Assembly (NCBI GenBank): GCA_046497275.1
Contig: JAWOFX010000088.1
Span: 96,384 to 120,383, forward strand
Source: Promethearchaeia archaeon
GTDB taxonomy: Archaea > Asgardarchaeota > Lokiarchaeia > Sigyniarchaeales > SOKP01
Direction of reading: 5' to 3'
DNA length: 24,000 bases
Shown here: positions 16,102-24,000 of the stretch, piece after piece
How the letters are laid out: each line of letters begins with the position of its first letter
Position numbering within the stretch: position 1 is the stretch's first letter
Translations under genes and position numbers: made by a program
The notes under the pieces: generated by a model
Databases searched by the model: none
Told to the model about the DNA's origin: nothing
The model's input: the letters and a program-made list of their open reading frames with translations, nothing else

Positions 16102-18471
16102 TTGACAGATTGGTCTTTTTTTATTACCATTGTTTTCTATATAATAAGCTTAGAAGAGTTCTATGTGTATGTAAAGAATGGTCAGAGAAGTGAACTTTCT
16201 GATATTGTTGCGATTATTTTTTTCTTCTTTTTAATCTATTTTTTAACGAAAGATCTTCTGACCTCTTTAATGGGTTCTTTTTCCATTTATCTTTGGGTTG
16301 GAGTTGCTGAATTAAAGGAATATCCTGTAATAAACAAGATTTTGGTAATTTCTTTAGTGACTTACAATATAATTTTCGTTTCTGGATTAATTTCAAAATT
16401 TTTAAATAATCCTATTGTTTTAAATACTTCTTTTTCCTTTTCCTTTTGGATAATTTTGATTTTAGGATTTATTTTATTCGGACGAAAATATATTGTCGTT
16501 TGGAGATTTATGAGTCCCCAATATCTAACGCTTTTTCTCTATATTCTCGGCTGGATTGGTGTAGTATTCATAAATCAATATACTCCCATCGATTTTCTTC
16601 AATATATTTATATTATTCTAATTCTCATGAATGTATTGATTTATTTCTTTTCTGGATTTTTATTGGATAAACTTCTGGGTATTAAGAGAATAAATAATGA
16701 AAAAATTAATTCCATCGTTAATGAAGTAAAAAAAAATATTGGAATTAATAGTAATGTTAAAATAGGGCTTGGAAAATATCCCATTGTGAACGCAATGGCC
16801 TACGGGCCTTTTTTAGACAAGAGGATTGCGATTATTGCTGAAGATCTTGAAAAAATTCCAGAAGATGAGATAAAGGGAATTATTGCTCATGAATTAGCCC
16901 ATACCAAAGCTAATCATACTTTAATATTAGGGTTTATAACTATATTCGATTTAATTATAAGAGGAATTATTGGATTTCCAGCAACTTATTACGATTACAC
17001 ATTTGGTAATCCTCAAATCCCATTCATCTTTTTTCTCGTGATTAATTTTGGAGTCTATATATTTTTATATTTTTTCGTAAGAATTTTAGAAGGTTTTGCA
17101 GATAGGATTGCTAAGAATTCAGGTTATGGGCAAGAACTTGTAAAAGCTCTCTATAATTTAGAGAGTTTTTATGCTTCAGGCAGAGAAATTGGATTAAATA
17201 CTATGCTATTATGCGAAGAAAAAATCTCCAGAGAAAATAAGATATTAGATTATATGGAAACGGCTCAATATCTCAATAATTCAATTATAAAACCGTCTAA
17301 AATCTCTCTTCTTGGGAATTTCCTTAACTCGCATCCCCCGACTTATCATAGAGTTATAGCAATTTTAAGCGATGAGATAAGTCCTTATAAAGAAACCTTG
17401 TTACCTCTAATGCATCTAAGATCTAAAAATCAGAAAAAATTTGCTCAACAATATAATAAAACAAGAAAAAAATTCAAAGAAATCACAAATCAAAAATTCA
17501 AAGAGATGTTTAATATCGAAGATATATCTAAATTTCTTAGTACTTTGGAACTTAGAGAAAAACACAAACATGAACTTTTCAAAAATTATCTATTCAAAAA
17601 TCTTATTACAGGAAAATATATCTATGGGCAAGTAAGAGATATTAAGTTTGAAAATGATATCAATAATTTCTTCTATGAAATTTTCAATCACGAAACAATG
17701 ATAATTGAAAATTTAAACTCTTCGCACTATACGAAAAAAGAAGTTAATGTCGGTGATCATTATATTTTTTCAAAAAAAAAATTATTGAAGCTAAAAAGGA
17801 TTCAATTTGATGAGGACTATAATAATGGATTTTATTATTTCTCAGATAAATATAATCTTGAAATTAAAAAGGCTATTAAAAAAACCAAAATACCGTTCTC
17901 GGTAGAAAATCTCCAAAATTTTGTCGGTAATGAAGTATTTTTTAAAAAAAGAGGAGTATTAGAAATAGCCCACTGCACCTCTCTTTATGAAAAAGAAGAA
18001 AAATTAGAGGAATATGTGATAAAATTAAAAAACTCTTTTCATGATATTGAAGGATATGAAACTACGGCTTTAAAATTAAAAGAATTACTTATTAAACCTA
18101 AAAATATTCAATTTGAAATTAAGAAAAATGAACAAAATAAGGATGATACCAGAAAAATTTTAAACTGGATATTGAAAAATCAAATTAGAACGTATTTTTA
18201 TTTGAAAAAACCTGTAAATAACTTAGAAATTGGTTATCTTCAAAATATTTTTCATAATTCAGAACAAGAAAAACAAATGAAAAAATTTCCATTATTTATA
18301 GAAATAAGAACAATTTTTAACGAATTTAAAAAAATAAATTTGGAAATAATTGAATTTGTAAGCTTTGCATTCAATACTGGAATTATTCAACTGAAATCTG
18401 AAATAAGCCTCTTTTCAAAAATTGGATATCATCTCTTAAAAAAAATAAAACCACAAAAGATCTATATATAG
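16102..18471 (+). CDS. M48-family (HtpX/Ste24-like) membrane metalloprotease with long C-terminal extension
   Basis: 789 aa; multiple TMs; EDEIKGIIAHELAHTKANHT (HExxH) and downstream RILEGFADRIAKNSGY (third ligand ExxxD); about 350-400 extra residues at the C-terminus. Start as listed is TTG; see finding on a likely upstream start. Confidence 0.9.
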   Translation: MTDWSFFITIVFYIISLEEFYVYVKNGQRSELSDIVAIIFFFFLIYFLTKDLLTSLMGSFSIYLWVGVAELKEYPVINKILVISLVTYNIIFVSGLISKFLNNPIVLNTSFSFSFWIILILGFILFGRKYIVVWRFMSPQYLTLFLYILGWIGVVFINQYTPIDFLQYIYIILILMNVLIYFFSGFLLDKLLGIKRINNEKINSIVNEVKKNIGINSNVKIGLGKYPIVNAMAYGPFLDKRIAIIAEDLEKIPEDEIKGIIAHELAHTKANHTLILGFITIFDLIIRGIIGFPATYYDYTFGNPQIPFIFFLVINFGVYIFLYFFVRILEGFADRIAKNSGYGQELVKALYNLESFYASGREIGLNTMLLCEEKISRENKILDYMETAQYLNNSIIKPSKISLLGNFLNSHPPTYHRVIAILSDEISPYKETLLPLMHLRSKNQKKFAQQYNKTRKKFKEITNQKFKEMFNIEDISKFLSTLELREKHKHELFKNYLFKNLITGKYIYGQVRDIKFENDINNFFYEIFNHETMIIENLNSSHYTKKEVNVGDHYIFSKKKLLKLKRIQFDEDYNNGFYYFSDKYNLEIKKAIKKTKIPFSVENLQNFVGNEVFFKKRGVLEIAHCTSLYEKEEKLEEYVIKLKNSFHDIEGYETTALKLKELLIKPKNIQFEIKKNEQNKDDTRKILNWILKNQIRTYFYLKKPVNNLEIGYLQNIFHNSEQEKQMKKFPLFIEIRTIFNEFKKINLEIIEFVSFAFNTGIIQLKSEISLFSKIGYHLLKKIKPQKIYI

Positions 18472-18510
18472 CAATAAAATTTAATTTCAATAGTTTTTTT
18501 TAAAAGTTAC

Positions 18511-19464
18511 ATGTTAGAACGGATACACCATTTAATAAATCTCATAAGAGTAAGACAATATTACAAAAACGTTTTAGTCTTTGTTGGATTGTTCTTTAGT
18601 GTTAATTTATTTACTGTTGAATATTGGTATCCGTTAATTATTGGATTTATTTTACTCTGTCTAACCTCCTCCGTCAATTATATTGTAAATGATATAGTAG
18701 ATATTGAAAGTGATAAGAAACATCCTGATAAGTTAAAAAAAAAACCTCTCGCATCCGGAGATTTATCTATTTCTTTTGCGGTTGGTTTATTGATATTAAT
18801 CGTTTTTATAATTATAATTAGTTTATTATTTATTGTTCCAAATATCCCTTTCGCTATTTTATTACTTTTAATAATTTTTACCGGTCAACTTTATAATCAT
18901 TTTTTTAAAAGATATGCTTTTATTGATATTTTATCTCTATCAACAGGATATTTATGGAGAGCCTTGGCTGGCTGCGTATTGATTAATCAATTTATTTCCG
19001 CATGGTTATTTCTTTCCATATTTGAACTTGCTCTTTTTTTAGTAATTTCAAAAAGAAAAGGAGATCTTATGATATTGGGGAGTAAAGAAGATGCGGTAAA
19101 ACATAAAAAGGTGTATAATCAATATTCGATAAAATTGTTAGATCAATTTCACGTAATAACTGCTGGCTCTATTTTTATGACTTATAGCCTTTATTTAATT
19201 TTCAAGTTCGAATTATTTACTGAGGGTGAGTTTAATCCAAATGAATATATAACAATCCTTACAATTCCAATTATTCTTTTTATATTAATGCGTTATATGT
19301 ATCTTACATCAGCAAAACCCGAGCTAGCAAGAAACATTGAGAAAGCACTTTTTGATAAAGGTATCTTAATAGCAGGAATATTTTTAGGAGCAATTTTATT
19401 ATATTCATTTTATTTTGAACAAATTATAGAAATTCTAAACCTTATTTTTAATTTAAATCTTTAA
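18511..19464 (+). CDS. UbiA-superfamily prenyltransferase, decaprenyl-phosphate phosphoribosyltransferase (DPPR synthase)-like
   Basis: VNYIVNDIVDIESDKKHPDKLKKKPLASGDLS (NDxxDxxxD...HPxK...PxASG), GQLYNHFFKRYAFIDILSLSTGYLWRALAGC, and VISKRKGDLMIL resemble the DPPR synthase subgroup. Confidence 0.85.
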   Translation: MLERIHHLINLIRVRQYYKNVLVFVGLFFSVNLFTVEYWYPLIIGFILLCLTSSVNYIVNDIVDIESDKKHPDKLKKKPLASGDLSISFAVGLLILIVFIIIISLLFIVPNIPFAILLLLIIFTGQLYNHFFKRYAFIDILSLSTGYLWRALAGCVLINQFISAWLFLSIFELALFLVISKRKGDLMILGSKEDAVKHKKVYNQYSIKLLDQFHVITAGSIFMTYSLYLIFKFELFTEGEFNPNEYITILTIPIILFILMRYMYLTSAKPELARNIEKALFDKGILIAGIFLGAILLYSFYFEQIIEILNLIFNLNL

Positions 19465-19487
19465 AAAAATAATAATTAAAAAAAAAA

Positions 19488-20174
19488 TTGACAAATATCC
19501 GATTAGATCTCCATGTTCATACAACATTTTCGGTCGATTCTTTAATTCCCCCTCAAAAATTAATAAAATATGCCATAAATAAAGGCTTAGATGGCTTAGC
19601 AATATGTGATCATAACACAATTAAAGCTTATGATAAGTTAAAAAGAAATGCTGAAGAGAATGATTTTTTATTAATACCTGGAATGGAGATTGAAACAAAA
19701 GTCGGGGAAGTAATCGGGCTTTTTATTGAAAATGAAATTAATACAAATAATAAGGATTTTTTTGAAATTGTCCATCAAATTAGGGATTGTAATGGTCTAG
19801 TGATCATTCCTCATCCATTTGATTTTTTAAGACGAAATCATCTAAAAACAGATCTATTAAGCGACAAAATTATACAAAAATATATCGATGGTGTAGAAAT
19901 CATCAATTCTCGAATAATTTTTAATTATTGCATCAAAAAAGCTCTAAAATTTAAAAATAAATATAATTTATTTGAAACAGCTGGTTCCGATGCTCATTAT
20001 TACAAAGAAATTGGAAATGGTTTCACTTTAATAAAAAATTTTGATGGAAATTCACTTGATGAGGTTAAGAAGGCTTTATTATCTAAAAAATCAAAAAGTT
20101 TGGGTAAAAGATCTTCCCCTCTTTATCATATGATAACTGTATTAAATAAATTAAAAATGAGACAATACTTTTAA
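19488..20174 (+). CDS. PHP-domain phosphoesterase
   Basis: LDLHVHTTFSVDS, LAICDHN, IIPHPFDFLRRNH, AGSDAH: PHP metal-binding motifs. TTG start. Confidence 0.92.
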   Translation: MTNIRLDLHVHTTFSVDSLIPPQKLIKYAINKGLDGLAICDHNTIKAYDKLKRNAEENDFLLIPGMEIETKVGEVIGLFIENEINTNNKDFFEIVHQIRDCNGLVIIPHPFDFLRRNHLKTDLLSDKIIQKYIDGVEIINSRIIFNYCIKKALKFKNKYNLFETAGSDAHYYKEIGNGFTLIKNFDGNSLDEVKKALLSKKSKSLGKRSSPLYHMITVLNKLKMRQYF

Positions 20175-20180
20175 AAAATA

Positions 20181-21338
20181 ATGAGTTCATCTAAAAATCC
20201 CAAAATTTTTGTTGTTAAAACAAAACCAGAAACGGTTTTACAAGATTATCAACGCCTTATGCATATGGCGAATTATATAGATCATTTTTCTAAAGAACAA
20301 AAGATTTTGCTGAAATTAAATTTGAGTTGGTCGAAGTTTTTTCCCGCTTGTTCGAGTCCTCCATGGCAATTGGAAGGAGTTTTAAAAACGATGGTTGGTG
20401 ACGGGTTTAACCCCCGAAATTTGTTTACTTGCGAGAATAGAACAGTTGTCACTAATATCGCACGTGGGTTGAGGGGGAATCGTTGGGCACCCATCATAAA
20501 AGAGTATGGCGTTTGGTTTGTGCCATTAACACGGGTTCCTTTTGTCCCTTATGAATCTCTCCGAGATGAGTTTCTTACATTAAAGAATAAAGAACTTCAT
20601 GCATTGGATTCAAAAATTTTTCCCGATGGATTTAGCATTCCTAAATTCTATCTGAATAAGCCGATCATTCATATGCCAACCATAAAAACTCATGGGCATA
20701 CAGGAGTAAAAAAAGGGAATAGGAGACAGGGTCTTACTTGCTGTATGAAAAACGCATTTGGAGGATTACTTACTAAAAGAAGGCACTTTTCTCATCAATT
20801 TATGTCAGAAGTACTCGTAGATCTATTAATCATTCAGAAACAAATTCATCCAGAAATCATGGGTATTGTTGACGGGACTGTATGCGGGGATGGTGCTGGT
20901 CCACGTACGATGATTCCGAGAATTAAAAATTATTTACTCGGGGGTTACGATCAAGTTGCAGTTGATTCCGTGGTAGCAAAAATGCTTGGTTTTGAACCAT
21001 TAAAGTTGCCCGCAATTAAATTAGCCCATGACGAAGGTCTTGGGTGTGGTGATTTTGATCAAATAGAAATAATAGGTGAAGATATATCCAATGTTAATTG
21101 GAATTTTACTTTGAAACGGAGCTTGGTTATTTGGGGAGATCAAATGGTTAGAAAAGGACCTTTGAGTTTTTTACACCCTCTCTTTCATAATAGGTTATTT
21201 ATGGCACTCCCTATACTTGGAAGCCTAGTTTTTCATGATATGTTCTGGTATCCAACAATAGGAAAACAGAGAATCAAAAAATTTATGACTACAAAATGGG
21301 GGAAATTATTTCAAGAATATCCGGCTGATTCAGATTAG
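20181..21338 (+). CDS. DUF362 domain protein
   Basis: KLNLSWSKFFPACSSPPWQLEGVLKTM, MPTIKTHGHTGVKKGNRRQGLTCCMKNAFGG, IVDGTVCGDGAGPRTMIPRIKNYLLGGYDQVAVDSVVAKMLGF match DUF362 features. Confidence 0.85.
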   Translation: MSSSKNPKIFVVKTKPETVLQDYQRLMHMANYIDHFSKEQKILLKLNLSWSKFFPACSSPPWQLEGVLKTMVGDGFNPRNLFTCENRTVVTNIARGLRGNRWAPIIKEYGVWFVPLTRVPFVPYESLRDEFLTLKNKELHALDSKIFPDGFSIPKFYLNKPIIHMPTIKTHGHTGVKKGNRRQGLTCCMKNAFGGLLTKRRHFSHQFMSEVLVDLLIIQKQIHPEIMGIVDGTVCGDGAGPRTMIPRIKNYLLGGYDQVAVDSVVAKMLGFEPLKLPAIKLAHDEGLGCGDFDQIEIIGEDISNVNWNFTLKRSLVIWGDQMVRKGPLSFLHPLFHNRLFMALPILGSLVFHDMFWYPTIGKQRIKKFMTTKWGKLFQEYPADSD

Positions 21339-21356
21339 AAAAATATAAAAGAGAGA

Positions 21357-22769
21357 TTAAACAACTTCTAATGTTTCCTCCGGAATTTCACTACAAATCT
21401 TTTCTAGATCTATCCCTCTGTTTTTCAACCATTTCTTCCTTATGAAATAATAGACTATAGCAATAATATATAAACCCATTACAATGAGGATGATATATAA
21501 TTCTGCTAACATTATCGCAAATATAGAAAGAGAACTATAAATTACGTTAAAAACTATTAACGCTAACAAATATTTCTTTTTGATTTTAAATCTAGACTTT
21601 TCTAAGAGTTCTGGATATTTTTTTCTAAGTAAGTATGGAATAAATGCTAAAATAATTGAGGGGATTGCTATAGTCAGAGAATTATAATATTGTAGATCTT
21701 CAAAATTGGGTTGGAATAATAATAATATTATGGATGATATACAGAAAAAAGTAACGGCCCAATGAGGTGTTCCATATCTTTTATTCACTTTCGACAAAAT
21801 ATAAGGAAGCATCCGATCTCTTGCCGCAGAAAACAGATCTCTTGAGTATGCTAGAATGATTGCATGAATCGTTGATGCTATAGCAATTAAAATTAAAATA
21901 TTTAAAAACAATAAGAATACTCCATCTATTCCTATTTGAGTAAATACATCTATAATGGTTATATTTTCGTCTTTTAATGTCGCCTCTTGAAAAACAGTAA
22001 AATCTAAAACCCCTGTCATAATTATTGAAACTAAAATATAGAGGATCAAAATCATAATCAAGGAAATAAAAAGCCCTAAAGGGACATTCCTCTTGGGATT
22101 TTTAATTTCACCACCAATTTCAACAATAGCATTAAATCCCGCAAATGAAAAACTCAATAACACAGCTCCCAGAAATATTCCCATTATCCCCGTAGGAAAT
22201 AGTCCTCCTGTACCAACACCCGTTAATTTATTAATTTCAATGTTAGGAAGACCAAATATTATGAATAATATCAAAATAAGGAAATCCCCTAAGATAGCAA
22301 GAAGTATTTGAACCCATCCCGCAAATTTCACATTAAAAATATTTATAACATAGAATATAACTAAGATGATGATTGCTGAAATATTCAAAGTACCCGGAAT
22401 TAACTCATTGAAATATTGCCCAAAACCAAGAGATAAAAATGCTATTGATCCAATAATGTGTATTATAATTGAAAATAAGACAATGAATCCAATGAAGGAA
22501 TTCAATAATCTCGAAGAATATACCCATGTACCTCCGCTAACTGGAAATGCTGATACAATATAATAAATAATAATAGCATTAATAACATTAGGAATACCAG
22601 CAATTATAAATGCTAACCAGAGTGCCGGACCTGTTTCTGCTGCCGCTGATCCCGTCTGTATTAAAATTCCTGCCCCAACAATATATCCAAAAAGAAAAAA
22701 TACAACAGAAACTAATCCCAGTTCTCTACGTAATTTTTTGTTTTCTTTTTTTCCTTTTTCTTCTACCAT
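21357..22769 (-). CDS. APC-family amino acid/polyamine permease
   Basis: 470 aa, about 12 TMs; ELGLVSVVFFLFGYIVGAGILIQTGSAAAETGPALWLAFIIAG and FSFAGFNAIVEIGGEIKNPKRNVPLG are hallmark APC motifs. Confidence 0.93.
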   Translation of the reverse strand: MVEEKGKKENKKLRRELGLVSVVFFLFGYIVGAGILIQTGSAAAETGPALWLAFIIAGIPNVINAIIIYYIVSAFPVSGGTWVYSSRLLNSFIGFIVLFSIIIHIIGSIAFLSLGFGQYFNELIPGTLNISAIIILVIFYVINIFNVKFAGWVQILLAILGDFLILILFIIFGLPNIEINKLTGVGTGGLFPTGIMGIFLGAVLLSFSFAGFNAIVEIGGEIKNPKRNVPLGLFISLIMILILYILVSIIMTGVLDFTVFQEATLKDENITIIDVFTQIGIDGVFLLFLNILILIAIASTIHAIILAYSRDLFSAARDRMLPYILSKVNKRYGTPHWAVTFFCISSIILLLFQPNFEDLQYYNSLTIAIPSIILAFIPYLLRKKYPELLEKSRFKIKKKYLLALIVFNVIYSSLSIFAIMLAELYIILIVMGLYIIAIVYYFIRKKWLKNRGIDLEKICSEIPEETLEVV

Positions 22770-22951
22770 TGGTAATGATCTTCTTTTTATGTATATTTTA
22801 ATCTTCTATTTTATTTTACTACCTAATTCTCAATTACCATAATATTCAATTTTTATGATATAGAAAAATATAAAAACCTAATATTGAAAATGAATTAATT
22901 TTTACAAAAAAATTGCTAGTCAAACTCAATCCTTTAATATAAGTATTAAAT

Positions 22952-23821
22952 CTATTTAGGAAATTGTTTTATTAATCTTTTTTGATTGATGATATCAAAT
23001 GCTTCATAAATAGTAATCTTACAATTCAAAAGACCAAAAACCAAAGTTTTGAGAAGCTCAATATTATTGTTCAAAAATGAAATATAATTTAATTCTTTTT
23101 TAAGCTTTTCTTTTATCTCTTTATCTGTTTTTTTCAATTCAAAAAATTTCAAATAGTTCTCTTCATTAACCTTAATCCCTTTTCTCAAAGCTAAAATAAT
23201 AGCTGAAGCTTCGTGTTTAGAGATATTTTGGAATAGTTTATGAAATTTAAATTTTGACGACTTTAATTCATTTATTAAATAGATTATAACTTTCTCTTGA
23301 TTACCGAAAAGACTATAAATTTCTGTGATAAGTTCTAAACTCAGAGGAAATACTCCTCTACCAATCTTAAAAGTAAGTTTTAGTTTACTATTGCTTTCAT
23401 CTTCTACATTCTTAACACAATTTTTAACGTTTGAGAGGAGTTCTTTTTTATTATAGAATGTTTTTGAATAGAAAAAATGTCCATCTAAAAATACAATCAA
23501 TCCAATAGTTTTTCCTGGATCTATTGAAAGTAGTAATTTTGAGTGATTTCCGAAACCACAATGGTAAATCTTAAGAAAATTAAAAAAATACTTATCAAAA
23601 TTCTCTTCATCCTTATATGGAATAAAATTTACTTTTTTATTGTTATAATTATTGATTTTAAAAACTTCTTTTAAGGTTGTAAGAACTATTGAATCAACAT
23701 TTGGAATATGTTGTCCTAAATTCAAGACTGTGAATGGAATTCCTAATTTCTTCAATTCTTTATTGAGTCTGAAGAAAAATTTTGAATTATTTGTAATTAC
23801 AAATACTATTTTTTCTCTCAA
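22952..23821 (-). CDS. Predicted RNase H-fold (RuvC/YqgF-like) protein
   Basis: 289 aa; LLLSIDPGKTIGLIVFLDGHFF resembles the first RuvC/YqgF strand with catalytic Asp; C-terminal SKHEASAIILALRKG resembles the HxxDAxxxAL helix; N-terminal about 90 aa resemble a small alpha/beta domain. Confidence 0.6.
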   Translation of the reverse strand: MREKIVFVITNNSKFFFRLNKELKKLGIPFTVLNLGQHIPNVDSIVLTTLKEVFKINNYNNKKVNFIPYKDEENFDKYFFNFLKIYHCGFGNHSKLLLSIDPGKTIGLIVFLDGHFFYSKTFYNKKELLSNVKNCVKNVEDESNSKLKLTFKIGRGVFPLSLELITEIYSLFGNQEKVIIYLINELKSSKFKFHKLFQNISKHEASAIILALRKGIKVNEENYLKFFELKKTDKEIKEKLKKELNYISFLNNNIELLKTLVFGLLNCKITIYEAFDIINQKRLIKQFPK

Positions 23822-24000
23822 ATCAATTAAATCAATGTAATAAAAATTAAAAATTTTAAAGAAACTTCTTCTTTTTAAAACCCTAAATTACATCGAAAAT
23901 GATAAAAATGAAGAATATGTTTATTATTTCTTTATGTTAAAATTTTTTATACGATAAACATCTTCTTCTTATTCAAAGCTCCGTGATTGAAATTTAAATA

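Noticed and set aside
13769-17635. Small ORFs 13769..13969 (-), 14593..14832 (-), 15409..15624 (-), 16214..16396 (-), 16446..16670 (+), 17441..17635 (+)
   Set aside because: Nested in other frames of larger genes with clear family motifs; no independent support.
20282-23840. Small ORFs 20282..20497 (-), 22093..22311 (+), 22366..22563 (+), 22610..22801 (+), 23652..23840 (+)
   Set aside because: Antisense or nested ORFs inside, or largely inside, the DUF362, APC permease and RNase H-like genes; shadow-ORF composition.
1-24000. Search for CRISPR arrays, transposons, prophage, toxin-antitoxin or defence cassettes
   Set aside because: No regularly spaced repeats, no transposase/integrase, Cas or known defence motifs. 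The genes look like core and surface/secretion functions. Box C/D and other small RNA candidates were considered by eye but none had convincing paired boxes.

Overview
AT-rich archaeal chromosomal window, almost certainly from an Asgard (Promethearchaeota/Loki-like) genome. The lineage call is inferred from a Roadblock/LC7 protein, a ribophorin-I-like protein, Sec61beta, type-2 MetAP and an intron-containing tRNA. I find about 20 supportable protein-coding genes and one tRNA, and no CRISPR array, transposase, prophage or recognisable defence island. From left to right: edge fragment of a small membrane protein (-); membrane-anchored penicillin-acylase-family Ntn hydrolase; small membrane protein; a 721-aa zinc-ribbon-containing orphan (-) behind a Roadblock/LC7 protein (-); type-2 methionine aminopeptidase; GT4 glycosyltransferase; radical SAM/SPASM protein (-); Sec61beta (-); MazG-like pyrophosphohydrolase with a Cys-rich tail; a 615-aa ribophorin I (OST1)-like protein; Trm112-like protein with a large central insert; tRNA-Gln(UUG) with a 30-nt bulge-helix-bulge intron and an unusual C33; DUF354 protein; Alg7/AglH/WecA-type polyprenyl-phosphate GlcNAc-1-P transferase-like protein; M48 metalloprotease with a very long C-terminal extension; UbiA-superfamily (DPPR-synthase-like) prenyltransferase; PHP-domain protein; DUF362 protein; APC permease (-); and a RuvC/RNase H-fold-like protein (-). 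The strongest observation is the ribophorin-I-like protein, whose lumenal-type domain, single TM and coiled-coil tail all resemble the eukaryotic protein. It sits close to Sec61beta and to lipid-linked-sugar genes.
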